NCBI GenBank assembly: GCA_044349205.1
Contig: JBIKRJ010000003.1
Coordinates: 1 to 36,729, forward strand
Reading direction: 5' to 3'
DNA: 36,729 nucleotides
Source: Cytophagales bacterium
GTDB taxonomy: Bacteria; Bacteroidota; Bacteroidia; Cytophagales; UBA9547
Part shown: piece by piece, positions 9,193-18,586 of the stretch
Position numbering within the stretch: position 1 is the stretch's first letter
How the letters are laid out: every line of letters starts with the position of its first letter
Program-made: the position numbers and the translations under genes
The notes under the pieces: model-generated
What the model saw: only the letters and a program-made list of their open reading frames with translations
Told to the model about the DNA's origin: nothing
The model's database searches: none

Positions 9193-9208
9193 AAAAAAAT
9201 AACCTCGC

Positions 9209-9910
9209 ATGAAAAAGATACTACTCTCTACGCTGCTTGTTTGTAAATTTATTTTAATTGCCTCGGCCGGCGACAAAATAAAATTGGGTATAAAACTTAC
9301 CCCTTGCCTATCATTTTCTAAAGTAACCGACAAAAAAGGAAGCGATGGTGCCGATTATTCCCAAAATGGTTCTTCCCTGCGCATGATAATTGGCCCTTTT
9401 GCCGATTTTGCCATCAACGACAACGTAACTTTTACTACCGGCATTTGGTATTCGCCAAGAGCCGTTTTTTTGTCTCGCAGTGTAAATAGCATCAGCGCCA
9501 AATCGCAGTACAACCTTCAATACATTATGTTGCCTGCCTATTTCAAATTTTACACCAACGAAATAGCCAACGACATGCGCTTGTACTTCACATTGGGTGG
9601 CACCCTAGATTTTAAAATTGCTGAAAAAAAAGTAGGCGATGACAATGTGGGGTTAAAAGACCCAATTGCTGTAAATGAGGACAAACCGTTGTTTAATTTC
9701 ATGGATGCCTCTATCCTTATGGCTACAGGGGTAGAGTTTAATTTGAAAGACGTGACCAATTTGTTTGTGGGCATTAGCTACAATCGCGGCTTGCTCAACA
9801 TCATCAATCCTTTTTTGAAATATGATATCAACGGTACATCTTACAAGCCCGCAGATTATCTTTCTATCAAGAACAATTTGCTTAGTCTCGACCTAGGGGT
9901 GAAGTTTTAA
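9209..9910 (+). CDS. Outer-membrane beta-barrel ('porin family', PorT-like) protein
   Basis: Signal peptide; alternating beta-strand pattern; LQYIMLP motif; ISYNRGLLNI; C-terminal LSLDLGVKF with terminal Phe. Confidence 0.8.
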   Translation: MKKILLSTLLVCKFILIASAGDKIKLGIKLTPCLSFSKVTDKKGSDGADYSQNGSSLRMIIGPFADFAINDNVTFTTGIWYSPRAVFLSRSVNSISAKSQYNLQYIMLPAYFKFYTNEIANDMRLYFTLGGTLDFKIAEKKVGDDNVGLKDPIAVNEDKPLFNFMDASILMATGVEFNLKDVTNLFVGISYNRGLLNIINPFLKYDINGTSYKPADYLSIKNNLLSLDLGVKF

Positions 9911-9940
9911 TACAAGTCGTTTTTTCTAAATATCTAGTCC

Positions 9941-12391
9941 ATGTTTTCTTCATTCTTCAAAAATAATCTCTCTCACATCATAGCCATTTTGGCGCTTTTC
10001 CTTGTCACTGTGGTGTATTTCAGTCCCATGGTGTTCGAGAAAAAAATACTGGTAACGGGCGACGTTATGCAGGGTGTAGGCGGAGCTCAAGAATTGGCCA
10101 ATTTTGAAAAAGAAACCAAAGACCAGTCTTTGTGGACCAACTCGCTTTTTTCGGGAATGCCTTCCATTATGGTGCATACCAACTATCCCAACAACCTCAC
10201 TCGCTTTATTTCGCCCATCCTTACACTTGGTTTGCCTCGTGGAGCCGATATGATATTTTTGGCCTTACTTGGTTTTTATTTGCTATTATCGGTGTATGGC
10301 ATTCGGCCTATTTTAGCAGCTGCAGGGGCATTTGCCTATGCTTTTTCCACCTACAGTATCGTTTCTATCGAAGCAGGACATTATTCAAAAGTAACTGCCA
10401 TGGCCTATGTGCCCATGGTGCTGGCCGGTGCCGTGTGTGCCTACCGAAAAAATTTGTGGGTGGGCTGTGGGATTTTAGCATTAGGCTTGGCCATGAACCT
10501 GCTTACCCGCCATGTGCAAATCACGTTTTACCTTTTCATCGCTCTGGGAATTTTCGCATTGAGTGAATTTATTTTCAGTATTCGCCAGGGTACTTGGAAA
10601 CGGTTTTTGTTGGTCTCTGTTGTTTTGGGCTTTTCGGCATGCATTGCCGTTGGCACCAATGCTGGCTATCTTATTTCTGTAAACGAATATGGACAATATT
10701 CCATTCGCGGAAAATCGGAACTTACCGCCAAAGATCCCGCTATCGCTTCCGAAGGTTTGGACAAAGACTACGCTTTCGATTGGAGTTATGCTCCCGTAGA
10801 AACCATGACCTTGCTTATACCACGTTTTTATGGCGGCTCCAGCAACGAAAACGTAGGAAAAAATTCTGTTACATACGAAACGCTTACTTCGAAAGGAGTT
10901 CCGGCAAGCAGTGCCAAAGATTTTACCAAATCGCTCCCCACCTACTGGGGGGAACTCCCTTTCACTTCTGGCCCATTGTACATTGGAGCCATTATTGTGT
11001 TTTTATTTGTTTTGGGTCTATTAGTAGCCGAAGGGACTTCCAAATATTGGCTATTGGCAGCCACGGTATTTTCGTTATTCCTTACTTGGGGAAAGAATTT
11101 CGAAACCTTCAATTATTTTTTGTTTGACCACTTGCCCTTGTTCAACAAGTTCAGGGCTGTGATGATGGCCATCGTCATTGCCCAACTTTGCATGCCTGTT
11201 TTGGCCTTGTTGGCTTTAGAAAACATCCTAAAATCGAAGGAAAACAAAGAAAAACTGAAAAAGAACTTGTTGGTCGCTTTCGGTATCACAGGGGGTGTTT
11301 GCTTAGTCGTGATGCTCATTTCGGGTTCTTTCGACTTCAGCAGTTCGGGCGATGTGAAAATGCTGGAAAATTTCAAAAGTATGACTGGCGATGCCGGATT
11401 TGCTCAGCAAATAATGGACGCCATTGTGTCCGACAGAGAATCTTTGATGCGTAGCGATGCCTTTCGTTCTTTCCTTTTCATTGCCCTGGTAGCGGGTATG
11501 GTGTATTTCTACCTTCTGGGCAAAATCAAAGAAAATGTGGTGGTGATAGGAGCTGCCGCCTTAATATTTCTCGACTTGTGGATGCTCGACAAAAATTATC
11601 TGAACAATGGAAACTTTCAAAAGAAAGGAACTAACACTTTTTTCAGCCCTTCTCTTGCCGACGAAGCCATAAAAAAAGATACTGCAATTAGCTATCGGGT
11701 GTACAATTTGAGCGCAAATCCTTTTACCGAAAACCGCACTTCTTATTTCCACAAGTCCATTGGTGGCAACAACCCGGCAAAACTGCGCCGTTATCAAGAC
11801 CTGATTGAAAGGCATTTAAGCAAAAACAACGAGAAAGTTTTAAGCATGCTCAATGCCAAATATGCCATTATTTCACCCGACCAGCCACCACAACTTCTAC
11901 CTGGCGCAATGGGAAATGCTTGGTTTGTAAGCGAAATAAAAAAAGTACAGAATCCCGACGAGGAAATTGTGGCGTTGGACAATTTCGAACCTGCCTACAC
12001 AGCGGTGGTGGATGTAAGCAAATTCAAAGTTACCGCCGACAAATTTGACAGCAGCTTATCCACCATTTCCCTAAAAGAATGTACCCCAAAATACCTGCGA
12101 TACATGAGTAATTCTTCCTCTGAGAAACTGGCCGTATTCTCCGAAATCTATTACCCACTAGGCTGGACAGCCACTATCGACGGAAAACCCGCCGACTTGA
12201 TTCGTGCTAACTATGTATTGCGTGCCATGTATATACCAGCAGGTACCCACACCATCGAAATGAAATTTGACTTGCCGAGCTATCATTTGGGCGAAAAAAT
12301 AAGCCTTGTGTGCTCGTTACTTTTAATAAGTTCTTTGTTGGGAATTGCAGTGGTGGAAATTATACCCAAGAAAAAGAAAACGGATGAATAA
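9941..12391 (+). CDS. YfhO-family polytopic membrane protein (GT-C fold glycosyltransferase-like)
   Basis: 816 aa with many TM segments; [39 protein letters not shown]; C-terminal [18 protein letters not shown]...[22 protein letters not shown] followed by a last TM helix. Confidence 0.88.
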   Translation: MFSSFFKNNLSHIIAILALFLVTVVYFSPMVFEKKILVTGDVMQGVGGAQELANFEKETKDQSLWTNSLFSGMPSIMVHTNYPNNLTRFISPILTLGLPRGADMIFLALLGFYLLLSVYGIRPILAAAGAFAYAFSTYSIVSIEAGHYSKVTAMAYVPMVLAGAVCAYRKNLWVGCGILALGLAMNLLTRHVQITFYLFIALGIFALSEFIFSIRQGTWKRFLLVSVVLGFSACIAVGTNAGYLISVNEYGQYSIRGKSELTAKDPAIASEGLDKDYAFDWSYAPVETMTLLIPRFYGGSSNENVGKNSVTYETLTSKGVPASSAKDFTKSLPTYWGELPFTSGPLYIGAIIVFLFVLGLLVAEGTSKYWLLAATVFSLFLTWGKNFETFNYFLFDHLPLFNKFRAVMMAIVIAQLCMPVLALLALENILKSKENKEKLKKNLLVAFGITGGVCLVVMLISGSFDFSSSGDVKMLENFKSMTGDAGFAQQIMDAIVSDRESLMRSDAFRSFLFIALVAGMVYFYLLGKIKENVVVIGAAALIFLDLWMLDKNYLNNGNFQKKGTNTFFSPSLADEAIKKDTAISYRVYNLSANPFTENRTSYFHKSIGGNNPAKLRRYQDLIERHLSKNNEKVLSMLNAKYAIISPDQPPQLLPGAMGNAWFVSEIKKVQNPDEEIVALDNFEPAYTAVVDVSKFKVTADKFDSSLSTISLKECTPKYLRYMSNSSSEKLAVFSEIYYPLGWTATIDGKPADLIRANYVLRAMYIPAGTHTIEMKFDLPSYHLGEKISLVCSLLLISSLLGIAVVEIIPKKKKTDE

Positions 12392-12983
12392 CCAAGAAAT
12401 GATATTGGCCGAGCTAAAATCGGCTGCCGATGTACTGACACAATTTTTAGAAATAACCGAAAATTTGGCCAAAATAGAAAAAGCTGCCAAATGGATGCTG
12501 GAAGCCGTAAACAAAGGCGGGAAAATCATTTCCTGCGGCAATGGTGGTTCATCTTGCGATGCCATGCATTTTGCTGAAGAATTGACAGGTAAATACCGCG
12601 AGGACCGCAAGGCCATTCCTGCCATCGCCATTTCCGATCCTGGCTACCTTACTTGCGTTGGTAACGACTACGGTTTCGATTTTGCTTTTTCTCGTTTTTT
12701 GGAGGCCTTTGGCAACAAGGGCGATGTGCTGTTGGCCATTAGCACCAGCGGCGATTCGGGCAATGTGCTACGTGCTGCCAATGTGGCCAAAATGAAAGGC
12801 ATGAAGGTAGTAGCGCTCACAGGCAAAAATGGTGGCAAACTGGCCGAAAACTGCGATTTGGAAATACGTGTGCCTCACTTTGGCTATGCCGACCGTATTC
12901 AAGAGGTGCACATCAAAATCATCCACATCCTCATTTTTCTCATCGAAAAGGGCATTCAGCCAAGCAACGAACCGAAGGCGTAG
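12384..12983 (+). CDS. gmhA: D-sedoheptulose 7-phosphate isomerase (SIS fold)
   Basis: [36 protein letters not shown] and DRIQEVH motifs. The ATG at 12384 overlaps the upstream stop (ATGAATAA) and is preferred to the track start at 12345. Confidence 0.92.
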   Translation: MNNQEMILAELKSAADVLTQFLEITENLAKIEKAAKWMLEAVNKGGKIISCGNGGSSCDAMHFAEELTGKYREDRKAIPAIAISDPGYLTCVGNDYGFDFAFSRFLEAFGNKGDVLLAISTSGDSGNVLRAANVAKMKGMKVVALTGKNGGKLAENCDLEIRVPHFGYADRIQEVHIKIIHILIFLIEKGIQPSNEPKA

Positions 12984-12993
12984 AAATAATCGC

Positions 12994-14484
12994 ATGCTTT
13001 TTCCCGAACTTTCTACTTCCATCTTGCCAAAAGATAGTTGGCTACATCGCATTCTGTGGTCATTTTTGGGTTTAGGAATTTTGTTGGTGGTGGCACAATA
13101 TGTGTACAACCGCAATTTGTGGATAGACGAGGCTGGTCTCGCCCTCAGCATCATCAGAAGAAGTTTTGATCAGCTAACACAACCATTGGACTACGATCAC
13201 GTGGCGCCTGTAGGTTTTTTAATGGCCACGCGACTTTCGGTAGCCTTCTTTGGTAAAGGCGAAATGGCACTTCGACTTTTCCCGCTCTTGTGTTATTTGA
13301 CGGCAATACCCTCTTTCTTTTTCTTATTGAACCGCTTCAAGCTCAACAAAACGTTGGTACTTGTAACGGTGGCTACCTTTTGCCTTTCCTTGTCGCTGAT
13401 ACGCTATGCCACCGAAATGAAGCAATACTCGTCCGATGTGCTGGTTGGCATTTTGATTGTATATGCCACGCTACGACTCGCCCTACAACGTGCTAAAAAC
13501 TTGGTTCTTTACGCCTTGATAGGGACAGTGGCGATTTGGTTTTCGAATATCTCCATCATTATGCTGGCAGTTTGTGGCCTATATGTCGCTTTCAAGCAAG
13601 GATACTTGCTAAAACAGTGGCAAGTAGCAATTCCTTTCATTGCTTGGCTTTTTTCTTTTTGTATATACTATTTTTACTTCATACATGGCCATCCTGCAAA
13701 AAAACTTATGCTCGATTATTGGGAAGATGCTTTCATGCCGACAAACCCTTTTTCGATGAAATTTTGGGGGTTTGTATTGACTAGTTTAAAAGGGATTTAT
13801 AGTTGGATGCTCGGTTTTGGCCCCTTTTGGTTTTTCCCTTTTTTACTTTCCTGCGCAGGTACTTGGTTTCTTTTACGTAGTAAACATTACTTGCTGTTGT
13901 ATTTTATTTTTGCTCCCATTGTTTGTCATCTTAGCCTTTCGGCATTAAAACTGTACCCCTTTTCCGAAAGGTTGATTTTATACTTGGCACCCTCTTTTAT
14001 TTTGCTTTACTGCATTGGTGCTTGGTTTTTGACCGAAATACTTATGGCCCGTTTCAATGCTATGCCTAAAGTTATGCTACTAACGCCCGTGTTACTGTGC
14101 TTTATTCCCTTGGCAAAACGTTACCCTATTCAAAGAGAGGAGATAAAAGAATGCCTGCAATTCATGCAAGAAAACAGCCAAAAAAAGGAAACTATTTATG
14201 TCTATTATTCGGCCAACATGGCTTACTTGTACTACACGGAAACTACGTTTTTCAATTTCGACAATGGAATTGTATTTGGAAAGATGTATCGTGAAAATCC
14301 GGCTCTATACATAAAAGAAATCTCAAGTATTAAGGGTAAAATATGGCTTCTCTTTTCACATGTGTATCCATTCGATACGAAAGAAAACGAGGAAAAATAC
14401 ATTTTGACCCATTTGCCAAATACCAAAACGCTGAAAAAACATACCAGTCGTGGCAGTAGTGTGTATTTGGTTGAAAGATATTGA
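12994..14484 (+). CDS. GT-C superfamily (ArnT/PMT, GT39/GT83-like) membrane glycosyltransferase
   Basis: LWIDEA acidic motif after the first TM; APVGF; EMALRLFPLL; EMKQYS; many TM segments and a soluble C-terminal domain. ATG at 12994 lies 10 nt after the gmhA stop; the track start at 12829 overlaps gmhA. Confidence 0.75.
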   Translation: MLFPELSTSILPKDSWLHRILWSFLGLGILLVVAQYVYNRNLWIDEAGLALSIIRRSFDQLTQPLDYDHVAPVGFLMATRLSVAFFGKGEMALRLFPLLCYLTAIPSFFFLLNRFKLNKTLVLVTVATFCLSLSLIRYATEMKQYSSDVLVGILIVYATLRLALQRAKNLVLYALIGTVAIWFSNISIIMLAVCGLYVAFKQGYLLKQWQVAIPFIAWLFSFCIYYFYFIHGHPAKKLMLDYWEDAFMPTNPFSMKFWGFVLTSLKGIYSWMLGFGPFWFFPFLLSCAGTWFLLRSKHYLLLYFIFAPIVCHLSLSALKLYPFSERLILYLAPSFILLYCIGAWFLTEILMARFNAMPKVMLLTPVLLCFIPLAKRYPIQREEIKECLQFMQENSQKKETIYVYYSANMAYLYYTETTFFNFDNGIVFGKMYRENPALYIKEISSIKGKIWLLFSHVYPFDTKENEEKYILTHLPNTKTLKKHTSRGSSVYLVERY

Positions 14485-14505
14485 ACTGACAAATCTGACT
14501 ACTAT

Positions 14506-16044
14506 ATGCAAGCAAAAACCTTTGGCAGCGCTCTTCAGGGAGTAAATGCACAACTTATCACCATTGAAGTGGACGTGGGGCAGGGCACTGGATTTTTCAT
14601 TGTGGGGCTGCCAGACAATGCCGTAAAAGAAAGCGGCCAACGAGTGGAAACGTCCATCAGAGCCTTGGGCTACAAAATGCCTCGCAACAAAACGGTGGTC
14701 AACTTGGCACCCGCCGACGTGCGCAAAGAAGGCTCGGCTTACGATTTGCCGATTGCACTGGCTATTTTGCAAGCTTCCGACCAAATGCATTGCCAAAATT
14801 TGGCAGAATACCTAATTATGGGCGAACTGGCCTTAGACGGGACACTGCGACCCATAAAAGGAGCTTTGCCTATTGCCATCGAAGCCCGCAAGCACCAATT
14901 CAAAGGCTTTATATTGCCCAAAGAAAATGCGGGCGAAGCCGCCATCGTAAACAACCTCGACATTATCGGGATTGAGACTTTGGAAGATGCAGTAGGTTTT
15001 TTGGAAGGCACACGAAACATAGAACCCCTAAAAGTCGATACGAGGGAAATTTTTTTCAATACTGTAAACGAATACGAAGTGGACTTTGCCCATGTGCAAG
15101 GACAAGAAAACATCAAAAGAGCATTGGAAATAGCCGCTGCTGGCGGACACAATGCCATTATGATTGGCCCACCAGGCGCCGGCAAAACCATGCTTGCCAA
15201 GCGCATTCCCTCCATTCTTCCGCCCTTGACCTTGAACGAGGCACTGGAAACTACCAAAATTCATTCGGTGGCAGGCAAAACCAAAGGCATGGCTTCCCTC
15301 ATTTCCCGAAGACCCTACCGAGCCCCACACCACACCATTTCCGATGCGGCTTTGGTGGGGGGTGGCTCCAACCCACAACCGGGCGAAATTTCTTTGGCAC
15401 ACCACGGTGTCCTATTCCTAGACGAACTGCCCGAGTTCAAACGCACGGTTTTGGAAGTATTGCGCCAACCACTCGAAGAACGCATGATTGCCATTTCACG
15501 TGCCAAGGTAGCCGTGGAATTTCCAGCCAACTTTATGCTAATAGCCAGCATGAACCCTTGTCCTTGCGGCTATTACAACCACCCCGAAAAAGAGTGCGTG
15601 TGCCCGCCTGGCACGGTACAAAAATATTTGAACAAAATCAGCGGGCCCCTCTTAGACAGAATTGACTTGCACGTAGAAGTCACCCCTGTTTCCTTCGACC
15701 AGATGACCTCTAACCGAGTACCCGAAAGCAGCGAAAAGATACGCGAAAGGGTGATTTTGGCACGTGAAATTCAAAGCAAGCGCTTCGAAGGGAAACAAAT
15801 CTATTCCAACGCCATGATGCCCAGCGAAATGGTAAAAGAAATTTGCCAAATAAACGAGGCGGGAAAAATCCTCATCAAAACAGCCATGGAACGCTTGGGC
15901 TTGTCGGCACGCGCGTACGACCGCATTCTGAAAGTCTCGCGCACCATTGCCGATTTGGCAGCCAGCGAAAACATCAAAGTAGAACACCTGGCCGAAGCCA
16001 TTCAATACAGAAGTTTGGACAGGGAAAGTTGGGGAGCGGTGTAA
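14506..16044 (+). CDS. comM: YifB/ComM family Mg-chelatase-like AAA+ ATPase
   Basis: IVGLPDNAVKES, NLAPADVRKEGSAYDLPIA, Walker A GPPGAGKT, PGEISLAHHGVLFLDELPEF, MNPCPCG, ISGPLLDRID and LSARAYDRILKVSRTIADL. Confidence 0.93.
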   Translation: MQAKTFGSALQGVNAQLITIEVDVGQGTGFFIVGLPDNAVKESGQRVETSIRALGYKMPRNKTVVNLAPADVRKEGSAYDLPIALAILQASDQMHCQNLAEYLIMGELALDGTLRPIKGALPIAIEARKHQFKGFILPKENAGEAAIVNNLDIIGIETLEDAVGFLEGTRNIEPLKVDTREIFFNTVNEYEVDFAHVQGQENIKRALEIAAAGGHNAIMIGPPGAGKTMLAKRIPSILPPLTLNEALETTKIHSVAGKTKGMASLISRRPYRAPHHTISDAALVGGGSNPQPGEISLAHHGVLFLDELPEFKRTVLEVLRQPLEERMIAISRAKVAVEFPANFMLIASMNPCPCGYYNHPEKECVCPPGTVQKYLNKISGPLLDRIDLHVEVTPVSFDQMTSNRVPESSEKIRERVILAREIQSKRFEGKQIYSNAMMPSEMVKEICQINEAGKILIKTAMERLGLSARAYDRILKVSRTIADLAASENIKVEHLAEAIQYRSLDRESWGAV

Positions 16045-16052
16045 AATACCTC

Positions 16053-16271
16053 TTAAATCTCTTTGAAGAATTCAGAGATTGAAATGTTAAAGTATTTACA
16101 AACATCTTCAATGGTGGTGATGCTGATGTTTCGCTTTAGTGTTTCGATTCGACCAATGTGTATGCCAGTGTCATTATAGAAGTTCTCTTGGGTAAGCCCT
16201 TTTTCTTCTCTGAGTTCCTTTATCCTCAAAGCAATCTTACTTAAAAGTTCTTCGCTTTTACGCTTTCCCAT
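16053..16271 (-). CDS. Small XRE/Cro-C1 helix-turn-helix regulator (72 aa)
   Basis: RIKELREEKGLTQE...IGRIETLKRNISITTIEDVCKYFNISISEFF fits the HTH_3 pattern. Confidence 0.88.
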   Translation of the reverse strand: MGKRKSEELLSKIALRIKELREEKGLTQENFYNDTGIHIGRIETLKRNISITTIEDVCKYFNISISEFFKEI

Positions 16272-16283
16272 TGCAATGGGAAA
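16264..16283. promoter_or_regulatory. Perfect 20-bp palindrome covering the XRE start codon
   Basis: TTTCCCATTGCAATGGGAAA is its own reverse complement; it contains the CAT (16269-16271) of the XRE start. Confidence 0.7.
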
Positions 16284-16299
16284 TACAAAGATTTGTCAA

Positions 16300-16333
16300 A
16301 ATTTATTAATGACTAAATGGTCATTAATAAATT
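16300..16333. promoter_or_regulatory. Inverted repeat (14-bp arms, 6-bp spacer); candidate XRE operator
   Basis: AATTTATTAATGAC-taaatg-GTCATTAATAAATT lies between the divergent XRE and lipoprotein genes. Confidence 0.7.
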
Positions 16334-16405
16334 ATCAATTATTATTGCATAAATAAGCGAAGGTGCAATTGCAAATGAGATTGATTCACACATAAAAAAA
16401 TAATT

Positions 16406-16753
16406 ATGAAATTTTATAATATCTTTAAAAGCGTAGTTTTCTTTTCGATATTCCTTTTATCTTCATGTGGTATTCGCAAAAATTATGATTCTTGTGACGA
16501 CCTAATAGAAAGTGTAAAAGGAGAAGAATATGATATACTAGTAAAGGAATGGGGTGAACCAGACCATAAGAGTGATTATTATAATAATGGGGATGCCTCA
16601 ATTGATGGTTTAGACCTCAGGATTGATGCAACTTGGTCTAGCAGCAAGGTTAATGTTAAAAATCAAAAAGAAATTACTCTTTACTTTGATGTAGTATTGA
16701 CTGGTTTTGGAGAATATCCACATAGAGTTATATTGATTAAAAATTGTAACTAA
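16406..16753 (+). CDS. Hypothetical lipoprotein (115 aa), AT-rich
   Basis: Lipobox FLLSS|C at Cys21; LVKEWGEPD motif; about 30% GC in three hand-counted 60-nt lines. Confidence 0.75.
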   Translation: MKFYNIFKSVVFFSIFLLSSCGIRKNYDSCDDLIESVKGEEYDILVKEWGEPDHKSDYYNNGDASIDGLDLRIDATWSSSKVNVKNQKEITLYFDVVLTGFGEYPHRVILIKNCN

Positions 16754-16806
16754 TCGAAAGATTGAATTTCTTGAGTTATTACAATAGTATACGCCTGAGC
16801 CTTTTA

Positions 16807-17370
16807 TCAATTACGTTTCACCCTCTTCGGGTTTTCGGCCAAAAAGGCTTTCCAGCTAGTAGTTTTTGACACGGGGACTTTGCCTTGAAAATGGTGGCAA
16901 ACGGCCACTGCCAGGGCATCGGTGGCATCTAAAAATTCGGGGGTCTCGGTAAAATTCAAGAGGTTTTGCAACATGGCCGCCACTTGCTCTTTGGAAGCAT
17001 TTCCATTGCCGGTCACGGACATTTTCACTTTTTTTGGCAAGTATTCATGTACCGGTACATCGCGCGACAAAGCGGCAGCCACCGCCACGCCTTGCGCTCT
17101 TCCCAGTTTCAACATCGACTGCACGTTTTTGGCATAAAAAGGAGCTTCTATCGCCACCTCGTCTGGTAAATACTCGGAAATGACACGAATCACTGTTTCG
17201 TGTATTTTTTTAAGTTTCAGAAAATGGTCTTTGTATTTTTCCAAATGCAACACGCCCATTTGCAACACGACCATTGTACTGCCCCTTTGCTCTATAACGC
17301 CATACCCCATTACTTGCGTGCCCGGGTCTAGCCCCAAAATGATTTTCGATTTCTGCTCTTTTTGCAACAT
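16807..17370 (-). CDS. ruvC: Holliday junction resolvase RuvC
   Basis: IILGLDPG, VAIEAPF, LKLGRAQG, VTGNGNASKEQV and DATDALAVA. ATG at 17370 preferred, because the track start at 17379 falls inside the promoter box. Confidence 0.96.
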   Translation of the reverse strand: MLQKEQKSKIILGLDPGTQVMGYGVIEQRGSTMVVLQMGVLHLEKYKDHFLKLKKIHETVIRVISEYLPDEVAIEAPFYAKNVQSMLKLGRAQGVAVAAALSRDVPVHEYLPKKVKMSVTGNGNASKEQVAAMLQNLLNFTETPEFLDATDALAVAVCHHFQGKVPVSKTTSWKAFLAENPKRVKRN

Positions 17371-17376
17371 GCTACA

Positions 17377-17384
17377 CAAATATA
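17377..17384 (-). promoter_or_regulatory. -7 box (TATATTTG) for ruvC
   Basis: Exact TAnnTTTG match ending 6 nt before the ATG at 17370. Confidence 0.6.
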
Positions 17385-17485
17385 GGGTATTAGGGCTTGG
17401 ATTAGGAACTAGAAAATTTGTTACTCAATTCAAATGCTCTTAAACCTTTATTAAAAGCATAAAAACGAAAACCAATTATACTTCT

Positions 17486-17493
17486 TATCTTTG
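17486..17493 (+). promoter_or_regulatory. -7 box (TATCTTTG) for prfA
   Basis: Exact TAnnTTTG match 19 nt upstream of the ATG at 17513. Confidence 0.65.
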
Positions 17494-17512
17494 AAGCCCA
17501 ATTTACCTCACC

Positions 17513-18586
17513 ATGATCGACAAGCTGGAAGCCATCAAAAACCGTTTCAAGGAAGTTGCCGAGCTATTGGTTCAACCCGATGCTATGGCCGATATGAAGC
17601 GTTTTTCCACGCTTAGTAAGGAGTACAAGGACTTGGACAAAATTGTCACGCAATACGACAAATACACCGACATCCTGCACAACATCGATAGTGCCAAATC
17701 GGTACTGGACACTGAAAAAGACCCCGATTTCCGCCAAATGGCCAAAGACGAGCTGGAGTCGCTTCAACCTGTAAAAGAACAAATGGAGGAATTATTGAAG
17801 CAAATGCTGATTCCGAAAGACCCCAACGACAGCAAGAATGTGATTTTGGAAATTCGTGCGGGAACCGGTGGTGATGAAGCCTCTATTTTTGCGGGCGACC
17901 TGTACCGCATGTACCAACGTTTTTGCGAGAAAATGGGCTGGCGTATGGAACTGATGGACTATACCGAAGGCACATCGGGAGGGTATAAAGAAATTATTTG
18001 CAACCTCTCGGGCGAGGATGTGTACGGCAAAATGAAATACGAGTCGGGTGTGCACCGCGTACAAAGAGTACCGGCCACCGAAACCCAAGGCCGTATTCAT
18101 ACTTCGGCTGCCAGCGTGGTAGTGCTGCCCGAAATGGACGAGGTGGAAGTGGAAATAAACATGAACGACATTCGTAAGGACTTGTTTTGCTCTTCAGGGC
18201 CCGGCGGACAATCGGTCAATACCACCTATTCTGCCGTGCGATTGACCCACATTCCTACGGGACTGGTGGTGCAATGCCAAGATGAAAAATCGCAGATAAA
18301 AAATGCGGAAAAAGCGCTCAAAGTACTTCGTTCACGACTATACGAATTAGAACTTCAAAAACACAACGACGAAGTAGGGGCGCAACGCAAAAGTATGGTG
18401 GGCTCGGGCGACCGTTCAGACAAAATACGCACGTATAATTACCCTCAAAGTCGCGTGACCGACCATCGCATTGGCATGACAGTGTACAACCTGCCCTCGG
18501 TAATGGATGGTTCGATAGAAGATTTTATCGAACAACTGCGTATTGCCGAAAATGCCGAAAGACTGAAAGAAGGCGTAAGCGAATAG
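17513..18586 (+). CDS. prfA: Peptide chain release factor 1
   Basis: EIRAGTGGDEA; ESGVHRVQRVPATE (PxT, RF1-specific); GPGGQSVN; DRSDKIRTYNYPQSRVTDHRI. Confidence 0.97.
   Translation: MIDKLEAIKNRFKEVAELLVQPDAMADMKRFSTLSKEYKDLDKIVTQYDKYTDILHNIDSAKSVLDTEKDPDFRQMAKDELESLQPVKEQMEELLKQMLIPKDPNDSKNVILEIRAGTGGDEASIFAGDLYRMYQRFCEKMGWRMELMDYTEGTSGGYKEIICNLSGEDVYGKMKYESGVHRVQRVPATETQGRIHTSAASVVVLPEMDEVEVEINMNDIRKDLFCSSGPGGQSVNTTYSAVRLTHIPTGLVVQCQDEKSQIKNAEKALKVLRSRLYELELQKHNDEVGAQRKSMVGSGDRSDKIRTYNYPQSRVTDHRIGMTVYNLPSVMDGSIEDFIEQLRIAENAERLKEGVSE

Noticed and set aside
12384-12983. Assignment as DiaA or another SIS protein
   Set aside because: The catalytic-type motifs DAMHFAEE and IQEVH and the glycosyltransferase context favour GmhA.
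12345-12993. Track starts at 12345 (gmhA) and 12829 (GT-C)
   Set aside because: Both create long overlaps with non-homologous extensions; the ATGs at 12384 and 12994 fit operon spacing better.
16053-16753. Toxin-antitoxin pair or restriction-modification controller locus
   Set aside because: The genes are divergent and the partner is a lipoprotein; there is no toxin, methyltransferase or nuclease motif nearby.
14506-16806. Integrative element inserted in comM
   Set aside because: comM is intact, no integrase or transposase is present, and I found no duplicated comM 3' end or other att-like direct repeat on the ruvC side.
17381-17450. Short degenerate repeats (tagggta/ttagggc/ttaggaa) between ruvC and prfA
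   Set aside because: Too short and irregular for a CRISPR, REP or tandem-repeat call.
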